A stretch of DNA of 64,000 nt from Ascidiaceihabitans sp. GTDB taxonomy: Bacteria > Pseudomonadota > Alphaproteobacteria > Rhodobacterales > Rhodobacteraceae. The notes under the pieces were generated by a model. That model had not been told where the DNA came from and did no database searches. It saw only the letters and a list, made by a program, of their open reading frames with translations. Below are positions 31,636 to 41,885 of the stretch, in pieces. Where the stretch lies: assembly GCA_028388995.1 (NCBI GenBank), contig JAOEQC010000001.1:2293-66292 (forward strand). The letters run 5' to 3'. Numbering within the stretch: the first letter of the stretch is position 1; each line of letters begins with the position of its first letter. Both the position numbers and the translations under genes were made by a program.

Positions 31636-31709
31636 GCGGGTATGGTGAAATGGTATCATAAGAGCCTTCCAAGCTTAAGGCGCGGGTTCGATTCCCGCTA
31701 CCCGCTCCA
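31636..31709 (+). tRNA. tRNA-Gly (TCC)
   Basis: GCGGGTA/TACCCGC acceptor stem, CTTCCAA anticodon loop, GGTTCGATTCC T-arm, encoded CCA. Confidence 0.97.
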
Positions 31710-32152
31710 ACCGCTAATTTTCATATGAATACAAATATTTACTTGAAATTGTGGGCACTGTTTATGTACAATTATTACACATATGATTTGAGGAACTGCG
31801 CTGGGCATTAAAAGAACCCGACCCCTATCTTAAGAAGCTGAGCCAGTTGAATTCTTCTTGCTGCCCTTAACCCTGCTGTTAATTGGGTGAGCTTGGACAA
31901 CTTTGGTCCATCAGCAGTTGTCGTGCATTGACCATTAGCACCTGTAGGTCTGAAAGCTGAGTGAGGTGGATCATCATGAAAATGAACCACATTTTCTTCG
32001 TGTACCTAGGCTGGGAGGCAGGGATATACTAACGACGATGATCGCAAGTGACTAAGCTGTGGACTAGGATATCGTATCCCCAGTCTCTCTACGGTCTATC
32101 CAGAGCTACTCATGTGGGAACTGATCTTATATCTTCTTCTAGTGATCCCTAT

Positions 32153-32520
32153 TGAGCCTCCCCCTTTGAAGTGGTCCGCCCCTATAGTTAGGAACGGAGG
32201 ACCAGAGATGGCTATTAAGAGACCCAGGTCCGAAGAAATTGTTGTGAAGTTACGGCAGGTTGAAGTTCTAATGGGACAAGGTATGCCCCGGATTGACGCG
32301 ATCCGTCAAATCAGTGTGACTGAACAAACCTAATACCGTTGGAAGAGGAAGTACGGTGGATTGGGCACAGAACAACTCAAGGAACTGAAGTGGTTACAGA
32401 AAGAGAACGAGGGTCTTCGCCGAGCAGTATAGGACCTTACGCTGGACAAGCTGATCCTAAAGGAGGCTGCATCGGGAAACTTCTGAGCCCTTCGCGCCAC
32501 CGTGCCTGCATTGACGCTTC
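32153..32520 (+). mobile_element. IS3-family remnant (left end, orfA with stops, start of orfB)
   Basis: TG-starting end; MAIKRPRSEEIVVKLRQVEVL...EQT*YRWKRKYGG...RAV*DLTLDKLILKEAASGNF; orfB GKLLSPSR truncated. Confidence 0.85.
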
Positions 32521-32526
32521 TGAGGT

Positions 32527-32587
32527 GCCATATTTGGGAATCAGGTTCCCACAAAAACTCACTCCACATAACGCGCGGTTAATTGTA
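32527..32587 (+). promoter_or_regulatory. 61-bp repeated upstream element, copy 1 (before vgrG)
   Basis: 54/61 identical to 36230-36290; palindrome TGGGAA-TCAGG-TTCCCA at 32535-32551. Confidence 0.8.
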
Positions 32588-32834
32588 TCCAACACTTGTT
32601 CGTACCTATCTAAAGCGCCCTGTGCACGACCCAGGGAGTTAACCGGACATTGAGGCTACTTGATTAGAACGGCTTTGTTGAAACAAAGGTTCAAGATCAC
32701 TTCAGGTTGGAAACCTCCATCCAAGGGTCAACTTGTTCAAGCCTTTCTGACAATACGAATTATGAATATGCCTGAAATAATCTGGGATAGTCTCTGTCCC
32801 TTTTACGGGTGCAAATTGCGGGAGCTTTGGTATT

Positions 32835-34787
32835 TTGGACATAGATAATTTCCAGGTTAAGCTTACTTTTAAGGACGCCAAGTGCGATGATGCATTGGTT
32901 ACAGGGTTTGTGGTTGAGGAGCGCTTATCACAAGTACCTCTCTATCAAGTTACTATTGAGGATTTGAAAACTGACCTGAGCGATTTCATCGGTCAGGAAG
33001 CTGTTTTGTCATTTCCGCAACAAGATTATTATATCTCAGAGCAGCCGCGCACATTCTCTGGCATAGTTACGGATGTGGAACGCCAAGTGGCAGCACAAGG
33101 CGACACCGCTGTCGCGCTGACCTTGCAACCAATGCTGGCGGTTCTTAGGCTGAGCAAACACAGCGCACTTTATCAAAAACAGACAGCGCTGGATATCTTA
33201 AAGGATGTCCTAACCCGTAATGGGCTGAAACAATTGAAAATCTCCGCTAAAGCGGGGGTAAAGAGAGACACAACCATTCAGTATAACGAAAACGATCTAA
33301 GCTTTTGCGAACGTCTGCTAGCCGAAGAAGGGCACACTTATTTTTTTGGTGACGATAAGTCACTGGACACGCTTGTGATTCATGACACGGCACGGCCTTT
33401 TCCCTCCGTCGGTCCGGTAGTTAAGCTGACCGATGCGCAACTCTCGGACGTCTCACGCCAGCAGGTACAGACACTTAGCGCACATCACAGCCTACAAGCG
33501 GGCAAGGTGTCGCTCGTTAGCTATGATTCTTCAAGGGCGGCTCAGGAAAAGGCAGGCCCTAAGCCATCTTCGGCCTTAAAACTGAAGGTTAAGCCTAACA
33601 TTACCGAATACCGCGCGGTACCTGTCGGTGATCTCAGTAAACAAGAACTGACACGCGCCGTTGGTGCCTGTGAAGCCGCGGCAATGTCACTGCATGGCAC
33701 GTGCGAATACCCCGCCATGCAGTTGGGTCAAGAACTGAACATTGCTAGTGAGGCCCACAAGGGGATCGCAGGATGCTACATTGTGACCGCATTCACATAT
33801 ACACCTGCACGTGGCAATGGGTTGTCCTGTGGATTTGAAGCAGCTCCAATTGATCATCTACCTGTGCCCAAGCGCCTGCCAAAGCCAGAGATTGCTGGCG
33901 TACACAACGCACTGGTTGTAGGGGGTGACGCTGGGACGGTCGCGTGTGACGCACAGGCGCGCGTGCAAGTAAAATTTTTCTGGGACACAAGTGGCAATAG
34001 TGACAAGACCAGCGGTTTTATTCGTGTGGCAGAACCCTTTGCTGGAAAAGGCTATGGCGCGCAGTTTATTCCACGTGTCGGGCACGAGGTTTTGGTGTCT
34101 TTTCTTCACGGTGATCCTGATGCGCCGGTGATCATAGGCCAGATTTACAACGAAAAGAACAAGCCACCTTTCGCCACTGCCAATAGCACCAAGTCTGGCA
34201 TTCGCAGCCAGTTGAAAGGTGAAGCAAATGAGCTGGAGTTTGATGACAAAGATGGAGCTGAGGTGGTAGCATTACGTGCAGCCAAGGACTTTGAATTAAT
34301 AGTCAATCAGAATGCCGTTGAAAAAATCACCAAACTGCAAACTATATGGGTGGGCGAAACGTCAAAAGTAACGATTGACAACGACCAGGTGGTTGAAGTT
34401 GCCAAAACTGCAAAATTCAAAGCAGACGAACGCAAAGCAGATATAGCTAAGGGCGAGACGGTGAATGCCAAAACCATTACCCTTTCTGCCGACAGTAAAA
34501 TCATACTGCAGGTGGGCTCTTCAAAAATAGAACTGACAAGTTCTGGAATTAAGATTTCAGCCACAAAAGTTGATATTGAAGGTAAATCTGGCGTAACTGC
34601 AAAAAGTAATGGCACGGTAGCTGTGAGTGGTACGTCGGCCAAGATAGAGGCCAAAGCTAAGCTGGATGTCAAAGGTGCAATGGTGAATGTGACAGGCCAA
34701 GCCCAGACCAAAATTTCAGGCGCTATGGCCGAGGTGTCTGGCTCGGGCATGCTGACCCTCAAGGGTGGAATTACAATGATAAACTAA
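32835..34787 (+). CDS. vgrG: T6SS spike protein VgrG/TssI
   Basis: QYNENDLSFCERLLAEEG, RVQVKFFWD, FIPRVGHEVLVSFLHGDPDAP, NELEFDD; beta-helical C-terminus with no toxin extension; TTG start after GGGAG. Confidence 0.93.
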   Translation: MDIDNFQVKLTFKDAKCDDALVTGFVVEERLSQVPLYQVTIEDLKTDLSDFIGQEAVLSFPQQDYYISEQPRTFSGIVTDVERQVAAQGDTAVALTLQPMLAVLRLSKHSALYQKQTALDILKDVLTRNGLKQLKISAKAGVKRDTTIQYNENDLSFCERLLAEEGHTYFFGDDKSLDTLVIHDTARPFPSVGPVVKLTDAQLSDVSRQQVQTLSAHHSLQAGKVSLVSYDSSRAAQEKAGPKPSSALKLKVKPNITEYRAVPVGDLSKQELTRAVGACEAAAMSLHGTCEYPAMQLGQELNIASEAHKGIAGCYIVTAFTYTPARGNGLSCGFEAAPIDHLPVPKRLPKPEIAGVHNALVVGGDAGTVACDAQARVQVKFFWDTSGNSDKTSGFIRVAEPFAGKGYGAQFIPRVGHEVLVSFLHGDPDAPVIIGQIYNEKNKPPFATANSTKSGIRSQLKGEANELEFDDKDGAEVVALRAAKDFELIVNQNAVEKITKLQTIWVGETSKVTIDNDQVVEVAKTAKFKADERKADIAKGETVNAKTITLSADSKIILQVGSSKIELTSSGIKISATKVDIEGKSGVTAKSNGTVAVSGTSAKIEAKAKLDVKGAMVNVTGQAQTKISGAMAEVSGSGMLTLKGGITMIN

Positions 34788-34796
34788 GGGGCATAA

Positions 34797-35366
34797 ATGT
34801 TGCGCAAGATACCTTTTGAAACCAGTGAAGAAATCTTCAATCGCTTTGATTTGAGTGAAGAAAGTGCAGCGGTAGTGGCACCTGATATGGCACCCTATGC
34901 TGTGATTGAGGCACTTGATAAGGCCAGTGCATTGCCTGACCTTGTCAACTTCATTAGTCATGCTCTGCCGCCTCGCGAAGGTATCTGTTGGGCGTTGGCC
35001 GTCACTAGTGATCTAAATCCAAATTTACGCGGCGGTGTTACTGACTTAGTCAGTGCATGGGTGCGTGAGCCTCAAGAAGGGACACGGCAGAAATTAATGA
35101 AACGTATGGACGGGATGAAGAGCGACTCACCTTTGTATTGGCTCAGCGCCGCTGTGGCCTGGAATGGATCAGGTGGCATTGGTGCAGCAGAAGGGCCGGT
35201 TGTCCTGCCGCCAGCCTGGCTGCACGCCAAAGCGCTACTTGGAGCGATCGCGCTACAAATGGGGCAGGATGAGACAGAAGTTGACCGCGCCCGCGCGGCG
35301 TCTCTTATTCGTGGTATCGAAGTCGCCAATGGTGGTTGGCCAACTGTTTCTGAAAACACTGGATAA
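34797..35366 (+). CDS. VgrG/PAAR-associated protein (DUF6931-like)
   Basis: HALPPREGICWA, WVREP and AVAWNGSG resemble the family commonly found between vgrG and PAAR genes. Confidence 0.65.
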   Translation: MLRKIPFETSEEIFNRFDLSEESAAVVAPDMAPYAVIEALDKASALPDLVNFISHALPPREGICWALAVTSDLNPNLRGGVTDLVSAWVREPQEGTRQKLMKRMDGMKSDSPLYWLSAAVAWNGSGGIGAAEGPVVLPPAWLHAKALLGAIALQMGQDETEVDRARAASLIRGIEVANGGWPTVSENTG

Positions 35367-35377
35367 GGAAGAAATTC

Positions 35378-35686
35378 ATGCCTGGTCCGCCTGCGGCGCG
35401 TATAACAGATATGCATATCTGCCCGATGGTCACTGTGGCAGGTCCTGTACCAATTCCACACATTGGTGGCCCGATATTACCTCCGGGCTGTCCAACGGTA
35501 TTGATTGGCAAATTGCCAGCAGCAGTGGTGGGTGGAATGGCCGTCTGTATTGGCCCACCCGATGCAATTGCTAAGGGCAGCGCAACTGTTTTAGCGGGAG
35601 GCATGCCGCTGGCACGTGTTGGTGACAACTGCGGTCATGGTGGATCTATTGTGCTCGGGTGCTTTACAGTTTTGGTTGGTGGTTAG
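35378..35686 (+). CDS. PAAR-domain spike tip protein
   Basis: PAARITDMHICP, PAAVVG and PLARVGD repeats; no C-terminal extension. Confidence 0.92.
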   Translation: MPGPPAARITDMHICPMVTVAGPVPIPHIGGPILPPGCPTVLIGKLPAAVVGGMAVCIGPPDAIAKGSATVLAGGMPLARVGDNCGHGGSIVLGCFTVLVGG

Positions 35687-36229
35687 GCACATTGAATAAA
35701 AACCCATAGCAAGGGCTATCGTATGTAATAAGCATACGCGCGAAGAAATTAGTTTTTAGCTAGATTACTATCTGATAAGATGCGGCGCCTGGCTGGGTTT
35801 GGTAATTCTATCCTGGTATGATTATTAGAAGTGCTACCAACAGCTACTATACATTACTGATCTATCAGGGATGGCGATGTTGCTGAAGTGAATCTCAAAC
35901 ATCTATTTATCTGATGCATTCCCAATATATTGTTAATCACCGTAGTTTCGTCCTGGCAGGCACTATGTTCATTATAATTTTTTTTTTGGATATGAACTAC
36001 TGCTTTGGCTAGAATGCCATCTCGAACAAGTTTCTAACTTGATAACTTTGCATTAACTGCCGAGCCAAACAGAGGTTGAAAGCAATATCCCTGCAAAGAA
36101 AATATTATAAAGTTTCAGTTTATTATCCTCTAAAAGATTTTTCAATTTTCGCTAACGTCAAAACCGGTCGGTTTATAAAGCTAAATTGTAATTATCATCG
36201 ATAAAATACCAATCCAATTCGTAATGATG

Positions 36230-36290
36230 GCCATATTTGGGAATCAAGTTCCCACTAATACTAACTCTACATAAGGCTCGGTTAATTGTA
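36230..36290 (+). promoter_or_regulatory. 61-bp repeated upstream element, copy 2 (before tssA)
   Basis: 54/61 identical to 32527-32587; palindrome TGGGAA-TCAAG-TTCCCA at 36238-36254. Confidence 0.8.
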
Positions 36291-36440
36291 CAAAGGGTCT
36301 TTACAGAAGTTTAGTCGTGAGATCCTGTCTAATGCCCACTTTACCACAAACTAGTACTTTTGGTTTAAAGCTTCGAACATTTTTCGATATTTGCAAGTAT
36401 GGAGTAGTCAAAAGGTTAGATATGCCCGTCGAGCTGTTAA

Positions 36441-37895
36441 ATGTTCCGAAAATCATGTCCTTTTCCAATGAAGAAATTAAAAAAAGTGACTTTTAGTCTC
36501 AATACTCCCGTTGCTGGTGACGCTCCATTTGGTGGCTATCTTAAGGATGATAAGACAACCTATCGCGGTCTTCGCAACGCGTTTAATGCGGCCCAAGCTT
36601 CTTTTCGAAGTCTTTGCGAAACACCAGAGTCCATGGCTAACAGGGATTTACAAGGAGTTAACGCCGCCGCATGGAACAGCCTGCGTGAGAGTTGCGAATA
36701 TACTCTAGTAGAGACATCCAAAGATCTAGAAGTGATTTGTTGGTGGGTCGCGTCAATGTTGCACGGCGACACTCCACTCGAAAATGCATCAAGTGCGATG
36801 CAAGCGCTTGCTGAGTATGCGAGCAGCGATCTCGATCATTTGCAGCCAATCTTGCCAGAGACAAAACTTAAAGGCGAAACATCGGAGGCCAAAGCCGCCG
36901 AAATTGCAGAGTTAAAGTTGCGGCCCTTTGTGCAGTTATTCGGTGAAAGCGATGCTAGTGGGCTGCTTTATATGCCTATGAGCAACACCCCCCTGATTGG
37001 TGAGATTACTTATGGTCAGTTTGTGTTGGCTCACAAAAACACTGGTCCGGCCGAGCTACAGGCAGAAACCGCAGCGTTGGTCACCGTAGAATCAAGTGCG
37101 CTCACATCGAAGATCAAAAGTTTACAAGACTTGATTGTTGCGATTGATGCGCTCGATAAGGCACTTAAAGCCTATGCGCAGCAGCATAAGCAACCTCAGG
37201 TGGTTCTCAGTTATACCAAACGCCTTGTGGTTGATATGTTGCGGGCTTTGGAAGTCTTAGTCGAGGGGCTTGGCTTTGCTTGGCCAGGCGCTGGGGAGAC
37301 TGCCGAAGCTGCGCTAGACGAGGACAGCGGCGTAGTCGTAGATGTTCCAGATGCTGGATTAAGCGTTGTTGGTGGATCAGCGACTACCGGCTTCAGCCCA
37401 CAGGCAAGCGTCAACAACCGGACGGAAGCCTTGCAAGCAGTCGCCGCACTTGCAACCCATTTTCGGAAGACCGAACCACATTCGCCAATTTGCCTGCTGT
37501 TAGATCGCGCTGTTCGTTGGGGACAACTCGATGCTGGTGAATTGTTCCGTGAAATTTTGACTGATGGCAGCACAGGCATGGGGCAAATGGCATTACTGAC
37601 AGGTCTTGAAAGCCAAGGCTTTTCTGACGTTTTTGGCAAACGTGGAGCGCTTCCCGCAGGTGGGATTGAACATCCAACGCTGGACAATTACGCGGCTGCC
37701 ATTCCAGTGCCTGACATCAAATCGGTGGCACCGCAAAGTTTATCCGCGCCCGTTACAACGGCTGCCCAAAATACAGAACAACCCATTTTTTCTGAATCTG
37801 AAAATTTCCATGCAGATACTGAACATCCCCCCCCCTTGGTCGCCGACCAAACGGAACCCGAACAAGATCTGCCAATCGCAAACTTTGAATGGTAG
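36441..37895 (+). CDS. tssA: T6SS TssA (ImpA N-terminal domain); start uncertain
   Basis: SKDLEVICW and HFRKTEPHSPICLLLDRAVRWG motifs. Confidence 0.85.
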   Translation: MFRKSCPFPMKKLKKVTFSLNTPVAGDAPFGGYLKDDKTTYRGLRNAFNAAQASFRSLCETPESMANRDLQGVNAAAWNSLRESCEYTLVETSKDLEVICWWVASMLHGDTPLENASSAMQALAEYASSDLDHLQPILPETKLKGETSEAKAAEIAELKLRPFVQLFGESDASGLLYMPMSNTPLIGEITYGQFVLAHKNTGPAELQAETAALVTVESSALTSKIKSLQDLIVAIDALDKALKAYAQQHKQPQVVLSYTKRLVVDMLRALEVLVEGLGFAWPGAGETAEAALDEDSGVVVDVPDAGLSVVGGSATTGFSPQASVNNRTEALQAVAALATHFRKTEPHSPICLLLDRAVRWGQLDAGELFREILTDGSTGMGQMALLTGLESQGFSDVFGKRGALPAGGIEHPTLDNYAAAIPVPDIKSVAPQSLSAPVTTAAQNTEQPIFSESENFHADTEHPPPLVADQTEPEQDLPIANFEW

Positions 37896-37940
37896 CCCCA
37901 CTGACTGAAACTCTTTCGTAAAAAAATAGGAAAATTAAGA

Positions 37941-38462
37941 ATGGCTAACACGTATATGCGTATCGACAAGATTGATGATTTTAAAGGTATGGCCTCCATT
38001 AAAGAGGTTGGTGGCAAAAAAGGTCTCTTTCCAATCAACTCCTTTAACTATGGTTTTTCCCGTTCAATCAATGTTGATGTTGGCGCGGCAGGCGATGCAG
38101 AAACAGGGTTACCATCCCTGAGTGATATCTCGGTGAGCCGCCCTGACGACGGCGCATCTGCTGTGTTGCAGACCCTGTTCTTTGCGCCGGGAAAAGTTGG
38201 TAAAACTATTGAATTAGTGTCCACACGCACGGCAACCGACGGCAAAGGCCTGCAGCCGACCCAAGTCATAACACTCGAAGAAGCGCGCATTTCGAGCTAT
38301 GCTGCCGGTGATGGCTCCTGTTCCATTAGCATCGCCTACACTTCCATTTCAATTGCCCATTATTTTGAGGGTACTGGTGGCAATGTAGAAAAATCAGACA
38401 CTGTAAAATTTAATCTTAAAGATGGTCAACTTGCATCGGGCAATCAAGACGCAATGAAGTAA
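37941..38462 (+). CDS. hcp: T6SS tube protein Hcp/TssD
   Basis: 173 aa; YMRID N-terminus, DGAS, ITLEEARISSY, ISIAYTSI; position in the operon. Confidence 0.85.
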   Translation: MANTYMRIDKIDDFKGMASIKEVGGKKGLFPINSFNYGFSRSINVDVGAAGDAETGLPSLSDISVSRPDDGASAVLQTLFFAPGKVGKTIELVSTRTATDGKGLQPTQVITLEEARISSYAAGDGSCSISIAYTSISIAHYFEGTGGNVEKSDTVKFNLKDGQLASGNQDAMK

Positions 38463-38487
38463 TTCGAACTGTAATAGGAAAACACAC

Positions 38488-38997
38488 ATGGCACTGAACG
38501 CACAACAAAAACGCGTCAGCAAAAATCGCGTCAGCATCACTTTTGATGTTGAAGACGGTGGCGCTGTCCAACAGAAAGAACTGGCTTTTGTCACTGGAAT
38601 GATAGGTGGATACTCTGGTGATCGCACGGACAAAGAGCAACTTGAGGATCGCACTTTTTACGAGGTCACCAAAGATAATTTCAACGAAGTTATGACTCGA
38701 GTTGGTCCTGAGCTTACTTATGTCGTGCCCAATAAGGTAGAAAATGACGACTCCGAGTTTGAAGTCAGCCTTGATTTCAAGTCGATGAAGGACTTTGAAC
38801 CTGATGCTATTGTGAACAAGGTTGAGCCACTGCGTAGTCTCGCAGAGACCCGTGAAAAACTGATGTCATTGGTGGCCAAAGCGGATCGCTCACGCGACTT
38901 GGAAAAGGTGCTCAAGGAAATCCTACAGGATGCCGACATGGTTAAGGCGCTTGGCGATGAGCTTGGTGTATCTGCAAATAATGGAGGTGAGGGCTAA
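38488..38997 (+). CDS. tssB: T6SS sheath small subunit TssB
   Basis: RVSITFDVE, KELAFV, FKSMKDFEPDAIV. Confidence 0.93.
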   Translation: MALNAQQKRVSKNRVSITFDVEDGGAVQQKELAFVTGMIGGYSGDRTDKEQLEDRTFYEVTKDNFNEVMTRVGPELTYVVPNKVENDDSEFEVSLDFKSMKDFEPDAIVNKVEPLRSLAETREKLMSLVAKADRSRDLEKVLKEILQDADMVKALGDELGVSANNGGEG

Positions 38998-40478
38998 TGT
39001 CTGAATTAGAAACTAGTGCAACAGGCACAACAGGCGCAGAAGCTAAAGAAGTCAGCCTTCTGGATCGTGCGCTTGAAGCGACTGCACAAACTCCAGAAGA
39101 TACAACCAAAGAGCTCTTGTCAGTCTTGGCATCACAAGCAATGGAAGGCTCTTTGACGTGGGACCAAAATGTTGGGGTCACTATCCGCAAGGCTGTTGTG
39201 GAGATTGATAAGTTGATGTCACAGCAAATGTCCGCAATTATGCAGAATGAAAAGTTCCGTACTTTGGAAGGTAGCTGGCGCGGACTTCAGAAAGTTGTGC
39301 GTGAAACGGAGCTGGGATCGAGCCAGAAGATCCGTCTCGTAGACTACAACAAAGAAGAACTACTTGAGCAATTTGAAGATGCGCCTGCTGTCGATCGCAG
39401 CCCGCTTTTTGAAGCTCTATACCAGAACGAATTTGGTACTGCCGGTGGTGAACCTTATGGTGTGCTGATCGGGGATTACTTCTTTGGTTACGGTGACGAG
39501 GATGTGGCATTGCTGACATATTTGGCAGAAACGGCTGCCGCCTGTCATGCGCCCTTTGTGGCAGCAACTGGGGCTGAAATGTTTGAGTATAAAAGTTTCG
39601 AATCTTTTGCTGAGGGTCGCCCTGTGGCTGCTGGATTTGACTCACCGACCTATGCCGCTTGGAACGGTTTCCGTGACAGCGACGATAGTCGCTATGTTAC
39701 GCTGACTTTGCCTGCAACACTGGCCCGCCTTCCTTACGGCCAAAATGGCGGTTCGGCCAAGACGTTTGATTATAAAGAGTTGGCCACTGACGCTGACGGT
39801 AATCAGCGCCCTACCAAAAACTCCCAGCTTGTTTGGTCAAATGCTGCGTATGAAACTGCGCTAAAAATGAACGATGCCTTCACAGCTTATGGCTGGTGTA
39901 CTGCCATTCGCGGGCTTGAGAATGGTGGAAAGGTGACGCAACTGCCTAACTTAACGTTTAAATCTGATGCTGGTGACGTGCAGCAGCAATGCCCAACTGA
40001 AGTAAACTTAACTGACGAGCGCGAAAAAGAACTCTCAGATCTCGGTTTCTTACCGCTGGTTCACTACAAAAAAACCAGTCATGCTGTCTTTATCGGTAGC
40101 CAGACAGCACAGCGTCCCAAAACTTATGTAGACCCAGACGCAACATCAAATGCAGCGATTTCTGCTCGCCTGCCTTATGTAATGGCAAGCAGCCGTATCG
40201 CGCATTACCTCAAGGTAATGGGCCGTGACATGCTTGGGTCTAACCTTGAAGCGGGTGACGTGCAAAAGGATCTACAATCCTGGATAGACCAGTACACCAA
40301 TGCTGGTGCAATGGGGAATGACGAGCGTTCGCGCACGCCACTGGCTGAAAGTCGAATTGACGTTATCGAACAGCCTGGCAAACCTGGCGCGTATTCGGCA
40401 GTGGCTTACCTGCGTCCTTGGCTACAGTTGGAAGAACTGTCTACCTCCGTGCGTATGGTTACAAAAATACCAGGTTAA
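38997..40478 (+). CDS. tssC: T6SS sheath large subunit TssC
   Basis: LEGSWRGL, EFGTAGGEPYG, GWCTAIRG, SRIAHYLKVMGRD, LRPWLQLEEL. Confidence 0.95.
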   Translation: MSELETSATGTTGAEAKEVSLLDRALEATAQTPEDTTKELLSVLASQAMEGSLTWDQNVGVTIRKAVVEIDKLMSQQMSAIMQNEKFRTLEGSWRGLQKVVRETELGSSQKIRLVDYNKEELLEQFEDAPAVDRSPLFEALYQNEFGTAGGEPYGVLIGDYFFGYGDEDVALLTYLAETAAACHAPFVAATGAEMFEYKSFESFAEGRPVAAGFDSPTYAAWNGFRDSDDSRYVTLTLPATLARLPYGQNGGSAKTFDYKELATDADGNQRPTKNSQLVWSNAAYETALKMNDAFTAYGWCTAIRGLENGGKVTQLPNLTFKSDAGDVQQQCPTEVNLTDEREKELSDLGFLPLVHYKKTSHAVFIGSQTAQRPKTYVDPDATSNAAISARLPYVMASSRIAHYLKVMGRDMLGSNLEAGDVQKDLQSWIDQYTNAGAMGNDERSRTPLAESRIDVIEQPGKPGAYSAVAYLRPWLQLEELSTSVRMVTKIPG

Positions 40479-41884
40479 TGCAAAACATGCCTCGATCCAT
40501 GGAAAATAATGTGTCCCCCCCGCCTTCCGTTTATGGCTTGGGGGGGGATGACACAGAAGCGTTTAATCGCCTAAAGGCGCGTTTCCTATCTGTTGCACAG
40601 CTGTCTTCAACGTTGCGCATTCTCGTCCTGGATATTGAAGATCGTCTCAATGCGCAGATAAATTCTATTATAGAAGACGAAAAGTTTCAAACTCTTGAGG
40701 CGCGCTGGATGGGCCTTGCGAGCGTGGTATGGGCCAAGGACCATGCCGCCAACGTAAAAGTAAAACTCCTTGATTTAAGCTGGCAAGAGCTTGAGCACGA
40801 TTTGAATTACACTAGCGAAATACGCACATCATTGCTGTTCATGCGCATTGGTATGCAAGAGCTGGACACCTTGGGCGGCGAACCATTTGGGATCCTGATG
40901 ATTGACCATGAATTGTCGATGAGCCTTGAGACGGATTTTGACGAGCTATACACTGCGCAGCTACTGTGTAGGCTCGGTGAAACCTGTATGTGTCCTATCG
41001 TGATGGGTGCAGGTACTGCATTTTTTGGTGAGAGTGATGCGGCCTGGTACACCGATATGCGACGTGTCACGAGTGTGCTTGGTAGTGGAGAATACGCTAC
41101 TTGGCAGCGGTTGCGGGCCTTGCCCAATGCGCAGTATCTGGGACTTGCCATGCCGCGCACGCAACTACGTGGTCGCTATGTAGACCGCGACATCGGCTTT
41201 TTATTTAATCAGACACCCGCTGTAAGCGAAGGGCTTTGGGGATCTGCCGGATTTGACTTTATTCGTACCACCATTTTAGAATATCAGCGCTGTGGCTGGT
41301 TTGGATTTTTGAAATTAGTGGTTGGTGAACCTGGTACAGGCGCGGTACTAGCACCTACGCTTCATCCACTGCCAGAAGGCACCGCACGCTACGCACGCGC
41401 ACGTGTTCGTCTAACTCGAAATATCGCTCATTGCTATGCTGAAAATGGTTTCATCCCATTGGCGGAAAGTACGAAATCTAACGTGCTTTACTTTGTTGGC
41501 AATAACTCGGTAGCGAATTGCCACAATTCGACGTCCAAAGAGATTACAGCCCAGCTGCAATCAGTAATGATTGGCTGCCGCATGGTGCACTACATCAAAA
41601 TACAGATCCGGCATTTGATCGGCCAGTTGCAGACTGCGGCAGAGTGTCAGGCAGTCGTGAACAACTGGCTCGAAGATTATGTATCCACTTCCAGCGGATC
41701 TCTAGATCAGCAGGCTAGGTACCCACTGCGCGCGGCTAAAGTCAAGATTTCAGAGGACAAAGCAAACAGCGTAAGGTTTCAATGCGAAATAACCATTCAA
41801 CCGCAGTATCAGATTGATCATGTTCTGGGTCAAATCACGCTGAAAACAGAATTTGACGCCAGTCGGCTGAAGAAGTCTACATAA
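40478..41884 (+). CDS. tssC: Second, divergent TssC paralog
   Basis: LEARWMGL, LGGEPFG, GFIPL, RMVHYIKIQIR, RYPLRAA; TAATG coupling. Confidence 0.85.
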   Translation: MQNMPRSMENNVSPPPSVYGLGGDDTEAFNRLKARFLSVAQLSSTLRILVLDIEDRLNAQINSIIEDEKFQTLEARWMGLASVVWAKDHAANVKVKLLDLSWQELEHDLNYTSEIRTSLLFMRIGMQELDTLGGEPFGILMIDHELSMSLETDFDELYTAQLLCRLGETCMCPIVMGAGTAFFGESDAAWYTDMRRVTSVLGSGEYATWQRLRALPNAQYLGLAMPRTQLRGRYVDRDIGFLFNQTPAVSEGLWGSAGFDFIRTTILEYQRCGWFGFLKLVVGEPGTGAVLAPTLHPLPEGTARYARARVRLTRNIAHCYAENGFIPLAESTKSNVLYFVGNNSVANCHNSTSKEITAQLQSVMIGCRMVHYIKIQIRHLIGQLQTAAECQAVVNNWLEDYVSTSSGSLDQQARYPLRAAKVKISEDKANSVRFQCEITIQPQYQIDHVLGQITLKTEFDASRLKKST

Positions 41885-41885
41885 A

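Noticed and set aside
31808-31990. 60-aa minus-strand ORF after the tRNA
   Set aside because: No RBS or recognisable family; probably debris.
32590-32720. Riboswitch or CsrA-type GGA hairpin in the vgrG leader
   Set aside because: Only short hairpins (AGGTT-GGA-AACCT with a 3-nt loop); no full aptamer consensus.
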